A stretch of DNA of 64,000 bases. Origin: Myxococcota bacterium. Lineage in GTDB: Bacteria; Myxococcota_A; UBA796; SXON01. Location: positions 6,058-70,057 of the forward strand of contig JAZKFH010000005.1 in assembly GCA_040386535.1 (NCBI GenBank), in the 5' to 3' direction. The notes beneath the pieces were generated by a model. That model had not been told where the DNA came from. It made no database searches and saw only the letters and a program-made list of their open reading frames with translations. The translations under genes were made by a program, and so were the position numbers. Shown piece by piece: positions 54,622 to 64,000 of the stretch (positions are counted from its first letter, which is position 1; the number at the start of each line of letters is the position of its first letter).

Positions 54622-54942
54622 CTAGCGGGCCGCGGCGGCGCAGTCGGTGACGCCCGTGCCGGCTTCGGTGTAGCCGTCGGTGGTCGAGCAATCGGCGGCG
54701 TTGTAGGCGTCCGCGTAACAATTCATGAGGTCGGCCGCGTCGGAAGCCGCGGCGCCGGTGAGGCCGGAGTACGCGTCACAGAAGCTGGAGTCGACCTCGT
54801 AGGCGGTCGAGTCGTCGGGGTAGGCCTCGGCCGCGCAAGCGTTCGCGGCGTCGATGTACGCCACGCAAGCGGTCTCGGGATCGGCACCGCCGCAAGCGGC
54901 GAGGGAGAGCGAGAGGAGGGCGAAGGAGAGGAGCTTGTTCAT
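54622..54942 (-). CDS. Small Cys-rich helical lipoprotein
   Basis: ATG 54942: MNKLLSFALLSLSLAACGG; six further Cys. Confidence 0.75.
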   Translation of the reverse strand: MNKLLSFALLSLSLAACGGADPETACVAYIDAANACAAEAYPDDSTAYEVDSSFCDAYSGLTGAAASDAADLMNCYADAYNAADCSTTDGYTEAGTGVTDCAAAAR

Positions 54943-55099
54943 TTGGTATCCAATCGATGAAGGTTTGGCGGTAGGCCCACACGGGCGCGGCAAGCGTTAT
55001 TGCGTAGCCGATGACTCGGCCAATCGAAGAGCGCGAAACGGCCAGGGTCGAGGGAACCCGGGTCGCGGGGGCCCCGAGGGGCGCACGCGACCCGCAGCG

Positions 55100-55555
55100 T
55101 CACTCCTGGAGGTTGGCTTCGTAGTCGCTGGAGCCGCTGCAGAACGCGGCGCCCATGCCTTCCATGTCGGTGCAGTAGGCGCCCTCGCAGGAGCTCGAGA
55201 ACGTCTGGGTGCCCGTGATCTTGGAGCTGGAGGTCCAGGTGCCCGAGATGTCGGAGTAGATCGTCACGACCGCGTCGAGGCCGGACTCGTTGTAGTCGGT
55301 CGTCTCGTCGAACACGACGCCTTCGAAGGAGGTGCCTTCGAGGGGGAAGTCGATGTCGAAGATGGTGACGGTGGCCTTGTCCTCGGACACGGTCACGGTG
55401 ACGGGCTCGTTCTCGGTCGGCTCGGCGTCCGTGTCCTCTTCGACTTCCGGGCAGTCGGAGCTGGAGGCGGTCTCCTCGAAGAGGTACTCGCCGCTGGTGG
55501 GGGTGGCGCAGCCGATGGCGAAGAGGGGCAGGAAGGCAAACAGGGAACGGTTCAT
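55100..55555 (-). CDS. Acidic beta-rich lipoprotein
   Basis: ATG 55555 after GGAG: MNRSLFAFLPLFAIGC. Confidence 0.75.
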   Translation of the reverse strand: MNRSLFAFLPLFAIGCATPTSGEYLFEETASSSDCPEVEEDTDAEPTENEPVTVTVSEDKATVTIFDIDFPLEGTSFEGVVFDETTDYNESGLDAVVTIYSDISGTWTSSSKITGTQTFSSSCEGAYCTDMEGMGAAFCSGSSDYEANLQE

Positions 55556-55734
55556 GATGAGATCTCCATCTCCGCGCCGATATGCCCCAGCTTCTGCTTC
55601 TTGTCCAGCGAAAAGCGGATCCGAATGCCGAATGTCACCGCGTCGAAACGTGGCAACCGGACCGAGCAGGATGGCCACTCCGTGCTCGTTATCGACCTGC
55701 CGGACGCGGCCGGAGCTGCGCATTAGGTGGCGCC

Positions 55735-56838
55735 GTGCTGCTCCTCGCCACCGCCGCCTTCGCCGCCGATCCGCCCGCCGCGCCGCCCCCCTCCGCGCCC
55801 GCCCCGACGCTCCCCGCCGTGGCCGTGCGCCCCTTCGCCTGGGTGCGCCCCGCCTTCACGTGGATCGCGGACGACCCGCAGCGCCCCGCCGCGCAGGACG
55901 GCTTCACCGCCGAGGCCCGCATCGGCGTCGAGGCCTCGCTGGCCGAGCTGCCCGTGTCGGCGAAGGTCGAGCTCGCCCTGCTCCCCGAACCCCAGCTGAC
56001 GGACGCGTTCCTCTCCGTGGCGCCCCTCTCCTTTGTGACCGTGAACCTCGGCCAGATGAAGGTGCCGTTCTCCCTCCACCGCCTCGCGTCCGACACGCGT
56101 CGGCAGCTTCCGCACGGCGTGGGCTTCCTCGCGGAGGCGGGGATCGGCCGCGAGATCGGCGCCGACGTGGTCATCGACCTGCCGATCGCCGGGAAGACCC
56201 GCGCCGTGTTGACGAGCGGGGTCTACAACGGCGAGGGCGCGAATCGAATCCAGAACGTGAACCAACGGTTCCTGTACGCGCAGCGGGTCCTCCTGACCCC
56301 GCTCGGAGCCCGCCGGAGCCCCTCCGAAGGCGTCGGGGGCGGCACCGATCGCGCCGTGTACGTGGGCATCGGCGGCGGGTGGCTCTACGACTACGAGGGG
56401 GACGGGCTGACCGCCGCCGAGTCCAACACCTTCGGGCTGGAGCTCCAGCTCGCCTGGAACGTGCTCTCGTTCCAGGCCGAAGCCGTCGACCAACAGATCG
56501 TGCACGCCAACGCCGCGGTGGCCGACTACCGCGTGCAGGGGGCGTACGGTCAGCTCGGGTGCTTCGTCCCCGCGCCGTGGGTGCGCGATCACGTAGAGCT
56601 GGTGGGCCGCGTGGAGGCCGCCGAGCCCAACACCACGTTCGGCGCCGCCGAGGGGGAGGCGCAGCCCGATCTACAAGCTACCCAGACCCTCACCGGCGGA
56701 ATCAACGTGTACGTCCGCGCCGCGCCCGAGCGGCTCCACGATCTGAAGTTGCAGGTCGCCTACGCGCACGTGACCCCACTCGAGGGCGCCGACCTGAACG
56801 ACGACAGCTTCACCGTCTCCGCCACGGCGAGGTTCTGA
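55735..56838 (+). CDS. Outer-membrane porin, OprO/OprP-like
   Basis: Likely GTG 55735 (LLLATAAFA signal); LTDAF, LGQMKVPFS, GREIG, GVYNGEG; C-terminal Phe. Confidence 0.75.
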   Translation: MLLLATAAFAADPPAAPPPSAPAPTLPAVAVRPFAWVRPAFTWIADDPQRPAAQDGFTAEARIGVEASLAELPVSAKVELALLPEPQLTDAFLSVAPLSFVTVNLGQMKVPFSLHRLASDTRRQLPHGVGFLAEAGIGREIGADVVIDLPIAGKTRAVLTSGVYNGEGANRIQNVNQRFLYAQRVLLTPLGARRSPSEGVGGGTDRAVYVGIGGGWLYDYEGDGLTAAESNTFGLELQLAWNVLSFQAEAVDQQIVHANAAVADYRVQGAYGQLGCFVPAPWVRDHVELVGRVEAAEPNTTFGAAEGEAQPDLQATQTLTGGINVYVRAAPERLHDLKLQVAYAHVTPLEGADLNDDSFTVSATARF

Positions 56839-58086
56839 ATGACACGCCTGCTCCTGGTCGCCGCGCTGCTCGGGTGCCACACCATCGAGAAGATCGAGCT
56901 CGACGCCGCCCCCGCGGAGGACTTGTGTGGCGGGGAGATCTTCGTGCCCCGCGCCGGCTACGACGACGCCTCCCCCGAGCCCGCCGATCCGCACGCCGCC
57001 CAATTCGGCGCGGCGCCCGATCCGTTCCACGTCCACCTCTCGTGGGCGGACGATCCGGCCACCACCATGGCGTTGGTGTGGCGAACGGACGGTGACACCC
57101 TCGCGACGCAAGTGCGCTACGGGCTCGACACCACCTACGGAAACACAAGTGACGGGGCGAGCTTCTTCGTCGGGGTGGACGGCACGAACGGCCGTGTCCA
57201 CGAGGCCCACCTGTGCGACCTCTCGCCGGGCACGACGTACCACTACTCGGTGGGTGGAGAGGGCCACTGGTCGGCGGACGCCACGTTCACCACCGCGCCG
57301 CCCAAGGGAGAGGCCGCACCGTTCCGGTTCGCGATCGCGGGCGACTCCCGCGACGACCAGGCCACGTGGGCCCTCGTCCTCGACGCGATGGAGGCGCACG
57401 CGCCCGACTTCTACCTGTTCTCCGGGGACGCCGTGGATCTCGGCGTCAACATGGACGAGTGGGACGCCTGGTTCGAAGCGGGGGAGGGCCACCTCGACCA
57501 TCGCCCGCTCGTGTTCGCGCACGGCAACCACGAGTTCCAGGTGCAGAACTACTACGCCCTCGTGGCCCAGCCCGGCAACGAGCAGTGGTTCAGCCTCGAC
57601 TACGCCGACGCCCACTTCGTCGTCCTCAACGACACCGTCGCGACCGCGGGCGACCGCGAGCTGCAGGCCGCCTGGATGGAGACCGATCTCGCCGCGACCG
57701 CCGCGAAGTGGAAGTTCGCGCTCCACCACGTGCCCGCGTACTCCTCGTGCACCACCCACGGCTCGAACCTCGATCTGCAGGATCTCTGGTCGCCCGTGGA
57801 GGAGGCCGGCGGCGTGGTGATCGATTTTGCGGGCCACAATCACAACTACGAGCGCTCCGTCCCCCTGCGCGACGGCGCGCAGACCACCGCCGAGCTCGGC
57901 ACCACCTACGTCGTAGCGGCGGGCGCCGGCGCGGTGCTCTACGGAAACGATCTGTCCAACCCCTTCACCGAGGCGGCCGCCGTGACCGAGAACTTCGTCG
58001 TCGTCGACGTGGCGGGCGGCACGCTCACCCTCACCGCCTACGACCTCGGCGGGAACGTGCTCGACACCTTCGTGACCACCCGCTGA
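56839..58086 (+). CDS. Purple-acid-phosphatase-like metallophosphoesterase lipoprotein (FN3 + metallophos)
   Basis: HVHLSW, VRYG, HEAHL..LSPGTTYHYSVG; GDSR, SGDAV, HGNHE, HHVP, GHNHNYER. Confidence 0.88.
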   Translation: MTRLLLVAALLGCHTIEKIELDAAPAEDLCGGEIFVPRAGYDDASPEPADPHAAQFGAAPDPFHVHLSWADDPATTMALVWRTDGDTLATQVRYGLDTTYGNTSDGASFFVGVDGTNGRVHEAHLCDLSPGTTYHYSVGGEGHWSADATFTTAPPKGEAAPFRFAIAGDSRDDQATWALVLDAMEAHAPDFYLFSGDAVDLGVNMDEWDAWFEAGEGHLDHRPLVFAHGNHEFQVQNYYALVAQPGNEQWFSLDYADAHFVVLNDTVATAGDRELQAAWMETDLAATAAKWKFALHHVPAYSSCTTHGSNLDLQDLWSPVEEAGGVVIDFAGHNHNYERSVPLRDGAQTTAELGTTYVVAAGAGAVLYGNDLSNPFTEAAAVTENFVVVDVAGGTLTLTAYDLGGNVLDTFVTTR

Positions 58087-58111
58087 CGCCACCTCCGGAA
58101 GGGCCCCCTCG

Positions 58112-58810
58112 ATGTCCGATCCCGCCGCCATCCTCGCCGCGCACGGCCTGCGTTTCGCCGCCCTCGGCTCCGCGGCCGCGCCGCCCCACCTCGATCTGGC
58201 CCCGCTCGGCGTCGAAGCCACGTTCCTGGACGCCGCGCGCGAGCCGGGGTGGGTGGAGCGCTACCACGCGGTGAACCTGGCCCGGTTCGGGGGCCCGCTC
58301 GCGTTGCCCGGCTGGGTGCTGGCCGACCTGTACCTGCTCCCCTCCGCGATCGGCCTCGTCCTCGACCCCTCCGCGCGCCCCGAGGACGAGATCGTGGCCG
58401 CCTACTACGCCGCCCCTTCGCTCGAGCCCGGCACCGTGATCGGGGTGTCCCTGCTGTCGCTGCGGGAGGGCCTCGGCGCCGGCTACGCCGTCAAGGCGCT
58501 GACCCTGGCGATGTACCGGGCGCGCGTGCAACGGGGCATCACCCAGTGGCGCAGCCGCGCGCTCCGCGTCCACACACGCTTCGGCCCGCTCGTGGTCGAG
58601 GGCCCGGCCCCCGCGGTGCACGGCGCGGCCGCCGAGAGCTTCGTGTACCGGGTGGTGCTCGGGGCCCCCTCCCCCAAAGGCGCCGTCCCGATGCCGATCG
58701 CCGAGGCCATCGCCCGCACGAACGCCGGCGAGCGGCTCACCCTCGTCTCGCCCGGGCTCCACGCGGACGGCCAGCACGTGATGGTCGCGACGGAGCCGCG
58801 CGGCACCTGA
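58112..58810 (+). CDS. Hypothetical protein
   Basis: 232-aa ORF co-oriented with the phosphatase; no motif. Confidence 0.65.
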   Translation: MSDPAAILAAHGLRFAALGSAAAPPHLDLAPLGVEATFLDAAREPGWVERYHAVNLARFGGPLALPGWVLADLYLLPSAIGLVLDPSARPEDEIVAAYYAAPSLEPGTVIGVSLLSLREGLGAGYAVKALTLAMYRARVQRGITQWRSRALRVHTRFGPLVVEGPAPAVHGAAAESFVYRVVLGAPSPKGAVPMPIAEAIARTNAGERLTLVSPGLHADGQHVMVATEPRGT

Positions 58811-58813
58811 TCT

Positions 58814-61639
58814 CTACGGACACCCATCCGCCCAGCCGTACACCGTGTCCGCCTTCACCGGCGTGGCGCGGCCGAGCTCGTAGCGGTTGGACGCCTCGGC
58901 GCAGTCGGGCCACTTCTCGACCGTGTCCCAATCGCCGCGGGTGAACTTGTAGTACAGGTACTCGCCACGGGGAACCTCGATTGTCCCGTAGGCGGAGCCT
59001 CCTTCGCGGGTGAGCGGCGTGTGGCTGACCCACCCGTCGGCGCTCGACGCGATGCAGATGGGGGTGTCGAGCGGGGTGTCCGCCGGGAGCGCCACGCGGA
59101 AGGGCATGGCGACGGGCGGCGCGGCGGCGGTGATCGTGGGATCGTAGGTCATCTCCAGCGACACGTCTCCGGTGTCGGGGACGACCACCCACAACGACAG
59201 GTCGGCCGCGTCCCACCACCAGCCCGACGTCGCCGTGCCAAACGAATCTGCCGACGCGACGCTGGTCAGCGCCGCCCCGTCGAGCCGCACGGCTGTGGGC
59301 GCGGTGTCGACGCGGCGCACGCGCACGCGCACGGAGCGATCGGGCGGCGCGAAGGTGCCGGCGCGCGTGGAGGTGAGCGTGGCGCCGGTGGTAGCGCCCT
59401 GGAGGGTCCACGTGGTGGCCGCGTACACGCCCTCCTCGTAGGCATAGCCGTCGCCAGCGTCCTCATACACGGTGAACGTGGAGGCCTCGGCCGCTGGCCA
59501 CACCTCGAGCGTCAGCGGGTCGACCGCCATCGCCTCGCTCCACGCCATCACCGGGCCGCGGGGCACGATGGCGCCCGCGCGCACGAAGATGGGCAGCGCC
59601 GCGAGCGGTTGGTCGGTGAGGGTGACGGTGGCGGGCCCGTCGTAGACGACGCCGGTGTCGAACGCGAACCAGCGGCCCTCGGGGAGGTACACGGCGCGGG
59701 AGGTGGCGCCTTCGGTCAGGATCGGCGCCACGAGCAGCCAGGGGCCGAGCAGCGCCTGGTCGCCGAGGTCGGCCACGGCGGCGTCCGCGGGGAACTCCCA
59801 CACGAGCGGCACGAGCGGGGGCACGCCAGTCTGGTTGGCCGCCCACGCGAGGCTGTAGAAGTACGGGAGCAGCGTGGACCGCAGCTCCAACAAGCCGCGC
59901 GAGATGTCCTCGACCTCGGTGCCGAAGCTCCACGGGTACTGGTCCGCCGCGCCCTCGACGAGGTGCGCCCGGAAGAAGGGCGAGAGCGCCCCGACCTGCA
60001 TCCACCGTGCGTACAGCTCTCCCGACGCGCCGCCGGAGTAGCCGCCCACGTCGCTGCCCACCCACGACTCGCCCGAGATCCCCATTCCGAGCAACATCGG
60101 GAGCGTGGCGGCGAGGCTGTCCCACGTGCTCGGCGCGTCCCCCGTCCACGCCGCGGCGTAGCGCTGGATGCCGGCGTACCCGGCGCGCGTGAGCAGGAAC
60201 GGCCGCTGATCCGGCGCCGCCGCGCGCATCCCGGTGAAGGTCGCCTGCGCCTCCAACAACGCGTAGACGTTGTGGGCCTCGGCCATCGTGAACGGCTCGC
60301 CGTCCCCGTCGGCCTCGAGCGAGTCCGGCACCGTGCCGAGCGTGAACTCGGAGGGCTCGTTCATGTCGAGCCAGAAGCCGGCGATGCCGTACCCGAGGTC
60401 ATCCGTCGCGAGCCGCCCCCACCACGAGCGCGCGTCCGGGTTGGTGAAGTCGGGGAACACGGACTCGCCGGGCCACACCTCCCCCACGAAGGTCTCGCCG
60501 TCGTCTGCCGCGAGGAAGTACCCCTCCGCCACCCCCTCGTCGTAGATCTCCCAGCCCGGATCGACCTTGATCGCGGGGTCGACGATCGCCACGGCGCGCA
60601 CCCCGTCGGCCGCCAGGGTCTCGACCAGCGCGGCGGGATCGGGGAACGTGTCCGGGTCCCACGTCCACGAGCGGAAGCCGTCCATGTGCTGGATGTCGAG
60701 CCACACCGCGTCGAGCGGCAGGTTTCGCGCGCGGAACCCGTCGACCACGTCGGTCACCTCGGTGTCGGGCGACCATCCCCAGCGCGACTGGTGAAAACCG
60801 AGGCTCCAGCGCGGCGGCAGCGGTGCGCGGCCGGTGAGCGTGGTGTAGCGGCGCGCCACGTCCGCGAAGCCGGGGCCCGCGATCAGGTACTGGTCGGCCG
60901 GCCGCCCGTCGGGGACCGAGAACGTGAAGAGATCGGGATCGGTGGCGCCCACGTCCCAGGTGGACGCGCCGGTCACGTCGGTGAACACCCCGAACGCGCC
61001 GCCGCCGCCGGGGCGCATGGACACGTAGAACGGGATGCACTGGTAGAGCGGATCGGCGGTGGGGCCCCACCCGCCGTACGCCGCGTCATACGCGTCGGTG
61101 TTCCAGCACGTGTAGTTGCCGCCGACGCGGTCCAGGCCGCCGGTGCGCTCGCCGAGCCCGTAGATGCGCTCGCCGTCGGCGAGGCTGCGGGACCACGTGT
61201 CCGAGGTGCCGCCCCCGCTGTAGAACCCGGTGGCGGGCTCCTCCAGGAGCGTGTTGCCGTCGAGGTCCTGGACGGTGAGCCGGCAGTCGTCGCGCTCCAG
61301 GAACACGACCAACGTGCTCGTACGCATCACGACAACGTCGGAGTACGCGAGGATGGCGGGCACGTCCGGCTCGACCGCGGGCGGGAGCACGGCGTACGAG
61401 GCGTGGTCTCCGCCGTAGGGGCTGGCGTACCCGTACGTGAGGTGGACCACGCCCTCCGCGACGGCCTCGAGGCGCGCACCCCCGGATGGGCAAGGGAGGG
61501 TGAACCCCCGCCCGTCGTCGTCGATCTCGACGACCGAGTCGCCGCCGGTGCCCCCGGAGTCACGACGGAAGCCGGTCTCGAAGCAGCAGCCGTCCGGAAA
61601 ACGTTCCCCGTTGCAGCTGAAGAGGAGGAAGAGGAGCAT
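58814..61639 (-). CDS. GH31 alpha-glucosidase lipoprotein with DUF5110 and CBM20-like C-terminus
   Basis: IYGLGE, LYQCIPF, GFHQSRW, WLDMNEP, HNVY, WTGD, GSDVGG, YEDAG; YKFTRGDW..VEK..NR. Confidence 0.93.
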   Translation of the reverse strand: MLLFLLFSCNGERFPDGCCFETGFRRDSGGTGGDSVVEIDDDGRGFTLPCPSGGARLEAVAEGVVHLTYGYASPYGGDHASYAVLPPAVEPDVPAILAYSDVVVMRTSTLVVFLERDDCRLTVQDLDGNTLLEEPATGFYSGGGTSDTWSRSLADGERIYGLGERTGGLDRVGGNYTCWNTDAYDAAYGGWGPTADPLYQCIPFYVSMRPGGGGAFGVFTDVTGASTWDVGATDPDLFTFSVPDGRPADQYLIAGPGFADVARRYTTLTGRAPLPPRWSLGFHQSRWGWSPDTEVTDVVDGFRARNLPLDAVWLDIQHMDGFRSWTWDPDTFPDPAALVETLAADGVRAVAIVDPAIKVDPGWEIYDEGVAEGYFLAADDGETFVGEVWPGESVFPDFTNPDARSWWGRLATDDLGYGIAGFWLDMNEPSEFTLGTVPDSLEADGDGEPFTMAEAHNVYALLEAQATFTGMRAAAPDQRPFLLTRAGYAGIQRYAAAWTGDAPSTWDSLAATLPMLLGMGISGESWVGSDVGGYSGGASGELYARWMQVGALSPFFRAHLVEGAADQYPWSFGTEVEDISRGLLELRSTLLPYFYSLAWAANQTGVPPLVPLVWEFPADAAVADLGDQALLGPWLLVAPILTEGATSRAVYLPEGRWFAFDTGVVYDGPATVTLTDQPLAALPIFVRAGAIVPRGPVMAWSEAMAVDPLTLEVWPAAEASTFTVYEDAGDGYAYEEGVYAATTWTLQGATTGATLTSTRAGTFAPPDRSVRVRVRRVDTAPTAVRLDGAALTSVASADSFGTATSGWWWDAADLSLWVVVPDTGDVSLEMTYDPTITAAAPPVAMPFRVALPADTPLDTPICIASSADGWVSHTPLTREGGSAYGTIEVPRGEYLYYKFTRGDWDTVEKWPDCAEASNRYELGRATPVKADTVYGWADGCP

Positions 61640-61648
61640 CCAGGCAGC

Positions 61649-62815
61649 TTAGCGCCTGGACGCCTCCGCCGCCCAAGCCACCAGCTTGGCCCGCTCCTCC
61701 TCCGTGATCTGTGTCAGGTTTCCGAGGGGCATGGTGAAGGTCGCCACCTGGGTGTGGATCAGCGCCGCCGACACCGCGGCCTGCGCCTCGCTCTCGAGGA
61801 TGAAGCCCTTCGGCGGCGCCGCGTAGCCCGCCATCGTGGGGGTGGTCGCGTGGCACGGCGTGCACCGGGCGGTCACGATGGGGGCGACCTCGGCCCATGC
61901 CACGGCGGGGCCCTCGATCCGCTTGGGGGCCATCGCCGCGATGATCACGAGCCCGCCGACCACCGCCGCGGGGATCCACGGGGTGTACGGGAGCCCCTTG
62001 CCCTTGAGGTTGAACACGTGGCGGATCACGACGCCCACGGCCCCGATCGCCGCGAGGGCGAGCCATCCCAGGGGGTTCCCGTAGGTGAACGGGAAGTGGT
62101 TGCTCACCATGATGAACAGGACGGGCAGCGTGAAGTAGTTGTTGTGGAGCGAGCGCAGGCCGCCCGCCTTGCCGGGGGCGAGATCGGGCGGCTCGCCGCG
62201 CTCGGCCGCGCCCACCATGGTGCGCTGGCTCGGGATGATGACGAAGAAGACGTTGGCCGCCATGATCGTGCCGATCAGGGCGCCGGTGTGGATGTAGGCG
62301 GCGCGGGGCGGGAGCGCCTGGAACAGGCCGTAGGCGGCGGCCACGAGCAGGGCGTAGAGGGTGAGGCCGAAGACACGCGGGTGCTTCGCGAGAGCGCTCT
62401 TGCAGAGCTGATCGTAGACGACCCAGCCCGCCACGAGCGCGCCGATGCCGACCGCCACGGCGGCGCCCGGCCCGAGAGGCCCGGCCATCCACGCCTTGGC
62501 GTCGAACCAGTACACCACCGCGAGCAGGCCGATGCCGGAGAGCCAGGTGGTGTAGGCCTCCCAGTAGAACCAGTGCAGGGTCTTCGGCAACTTCTGCAGG
62601 GTGTAGCCGTGCTTCACCGCCTGGTAGAACGCGCCGCCGTGCACCGACCACACCTCGCCCTCGATGCCCTTCCGGCCATCTTCGGGGGGGCGCACCTGGT
62701 TGTTGAGCCAGTTGAAGTAGAAGGACGCCCCGATCCACGCCGCCCCCGCGATGAGGTGCAGCCAGCGCAGGATGAGGTGGGCCCAGTCGGCGAGGTACGC
62801 TTCCATCGGGGGCAT
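61649..62815 (-). CDS. puuD: Membrane urate hydroxylase with C-terminal cytochrome c
   Basis: LRWLHLIAGAAWIGASFYFNWL, VHGGAFY, LHWFYWEAY, RSLHNNYFTLPV, SNHFP; CTPCH, MPLGN. Confidence 0.92.
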   Translation of the reverse strand: MPPMEAYLADWAHLILRWLHLIAGAAWIGASFYFNWLNNQVRPPEDGRKGIEGEVWSVHGGAFYQAVKHGYTLQKLPKTLHWFYWEAYTTWLSGIGLLAVVYWFDAKAWMAGPLGPGAAVAVGIGALVAGWVVYDQLCKSALAKHPRVFGLTLYALLVAAAYGLFQALPPRAAYIHTGALIGTIMAANVFFVIIPSQRTMVGAAERGEPPDLAPGKAGGLRSLHNNYFTLPVLFIMVSNHFPFTYGNPLGWLALAAIGAVGVVIRHVFNLKGKGLPYTPWIPAAVVGGLVIIAAMAPKRIEGPAVAWAEVAPIVTARCTPCHATTPTMAGYAAPPKGFILESEAQAAVSAALIHTQVATFTMPLGNLTQITEEERAKLVAWAAEASRR

Positions 62816-62865
62816 TCAACCACAGGGGCGGCCATGTAGCCGGCTGGTCCCGCGGCCGGTCGGGG

Positions 62866-63357
62866 TCAGCCGCGGATCTCGAGGACCTCGAGCTCCTCTT
62901 CCCCGCGCGGCATCTGCACGCGGATCTCGTCGCCCACCTCGGCGCCGAGGGCCGCCCGCGCGATCGGCGCGAGAAAGCTGATGCGCCCCGCGGCGGGATC
63001 GGCCTCGTCGACGCCCACGATCTGCACGCGGCGCGTGTTCCCCGCGGCGTCGGAGAGCACTACGGTGCTGCCGAACACGACGCGATCGGGGTCGGCGGGG
63101 CACGGGGTCTCCACCCAGGTGCCGACACGATCCTCGAGCAGCGCGATGCGCGGCGTGATGGCGGTGGCGCGGGAGCGGGCCTCGGCGCGATCGTCCGTAC
63201 GTAGGCGCGTCCGCTCGGCGTGGAGCGCGTCGAGCTCGGCGCGGAGGCGCGCCGCGCCCGCGGGCGTGATGCGGTTCGGCACGCCCGGCGGGAGACCGAG
63301 CGGCGGGACGGGGACGGACTCCTCCCGCTCCAACTCCTTCACGAACGCACGGCTCAT
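62866..63357 (-). CDS. GreA/GreB family elongation factor (short form)
   Basis: Start ATG 63357 (MSRAFVKE); ITPAG, VVFGSTV, IVGVDEAD, ISFLAPIARA. Confidence 0.85.
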   Translation of the reverse strand: MSRAFVKELEREESVPVPPLGLPPGVPNRITPAGAARLRAELDALHAERTRLRTDDRAEARSRATAITPRIALLEDRVGTWVETPCPADPDRVVFGSTVVLSDAAGNTRRVQIVGVDEADPAAGRISFLAPIARAALGAEVGDEIRVQMPRGEEELEVLEIRG

Positions 63358-63474
63358 CGACCCCTCCCGCGATTGACGTAGGGCTGGACACCTTGTCCCA
63401 AGAGGATCGTAGCGCGTTTCCGTCCGCGCCCAAGCCTTGCCCCCTCGGCGGGGGCGAGGGCGATAAGGTGCCGG

Positions 63475-64000
63475 ATGCACGTGCTCTACACCCGCTTCGC
63501 CCTGGTCGACGGCGCCTTTCGCCCCGCCGCGGTGGTCCTCGACGGCGAGCTGATCACCGCCGTCCTCCCCGAGCCGCCCCCCGATCTGCCACCCGACGCG
63601 ACCGTCGAGACGCTCGACGAGGACCTGGTGCTCCTCCCCGCGCTGGTCGACACGCATGTCCACGTGAACGAGCCCGGCCGCACCGAGTGGGAGGGCTTCG
63701 AGACCGCCACGCGCGCCGCCGCGGCGGGGGGCGTCACCACCCTCGTGGACATGCCGCTGAACTCCGACCCGGTCACGACGTCCCTCGCGGCGCTCGAGAC
63801 CAAGATCGCGGCGTCCACGGGCAAGCTCCACGTCGACGTGGGGCTGTGGGGTGGCGTGGTCCCCGGCAACACCCACGAGCTCGCGCCCATGGTCGCGGCG
63901 GGCGTGTTCGGCTTCAAGTGTTTCACGTGCCCCTCGGGCATCGACGACTTTCCGCACGTGACCGAGGCCGACATGCGCGCCGCCATGGTCGCGCTCGCGC
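63475..64000 (+). CDS. allB: Allantoinase (partial, runs off window)
   Basis: Not in ORF track. Translation from ATG 63475: LVDTHVHVNEPGRTEWEGFETATRAAAAGGVTTLVDMPLNS...GFKCF..SGIDDFP. Confidence 0.92.
   Translation, partial: MHVLYTRFALVDGAFRPAAVVLDGELITAVLPEPPPDLPPDATVETLDEDLVLLPALVDTHVHVNEPGRTEWEGFETATRAAAAGGVTTLVDMPLNSDPVTTSLAALETKIAASTGKLHVDVGLWGGVVPGNTHELAPMVAAGVFGFKCFTCPSGIDDFPHVTEADMRAAMVALA

Overview
Very GC-rich bacterial DNA. The gene content (many lipoproteins with acidic DT/DA linkers, MopE-type Cys/Asp repeats, a Ser/Thr kinase plus FHA-AAA+ regulator) suggests a Myxococcota-like organism; this taxonomy is inferred. About 45 real CDS are present, and most long ORFs in the track are antisense shadows. 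Recognisable blocks: lipoprotein cluster and M13 peptidase (1-9.9 kb); TetR plus a PlsA/Ger-PlsR-like activase/reductase pair (10.2-16.2 kb); polX-PHP directly upstream of polA (20-24.2 kb); pesticin-type muramidase; kinase, FHA-AAA+ regulator and rfbC; a multi-HTH Ala/Lys/Pro-rich protein; a MopE-repeat/C-type lectin protein; tRNA-Met; livKHMGF; LtaS-like sulfatase with a DAG kinase; a RAYT-type HUH transposase with symmetric double 23-bp repeats at both ends; sua5-bcp; OPT transporter; porin plus phosphatase; GH31; puuD, a Gre factor and allB. Best leads: (1) a polymerase-dead but PHP-intact PolX next to a Pol I with a degenerate proofreading domain; (2) the RAYT unit with repeat-49 bp spacer-repeat ends; (3) an enhancer-binding protein with its GAFTGA loop replaced; (4) a candidate multi-HTH nucleoid protein; (5) an anaerobic-type ether-lipid/plasmalogen operon with a visible operator. 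All calls come from reading motifs by eye; no searches were run.
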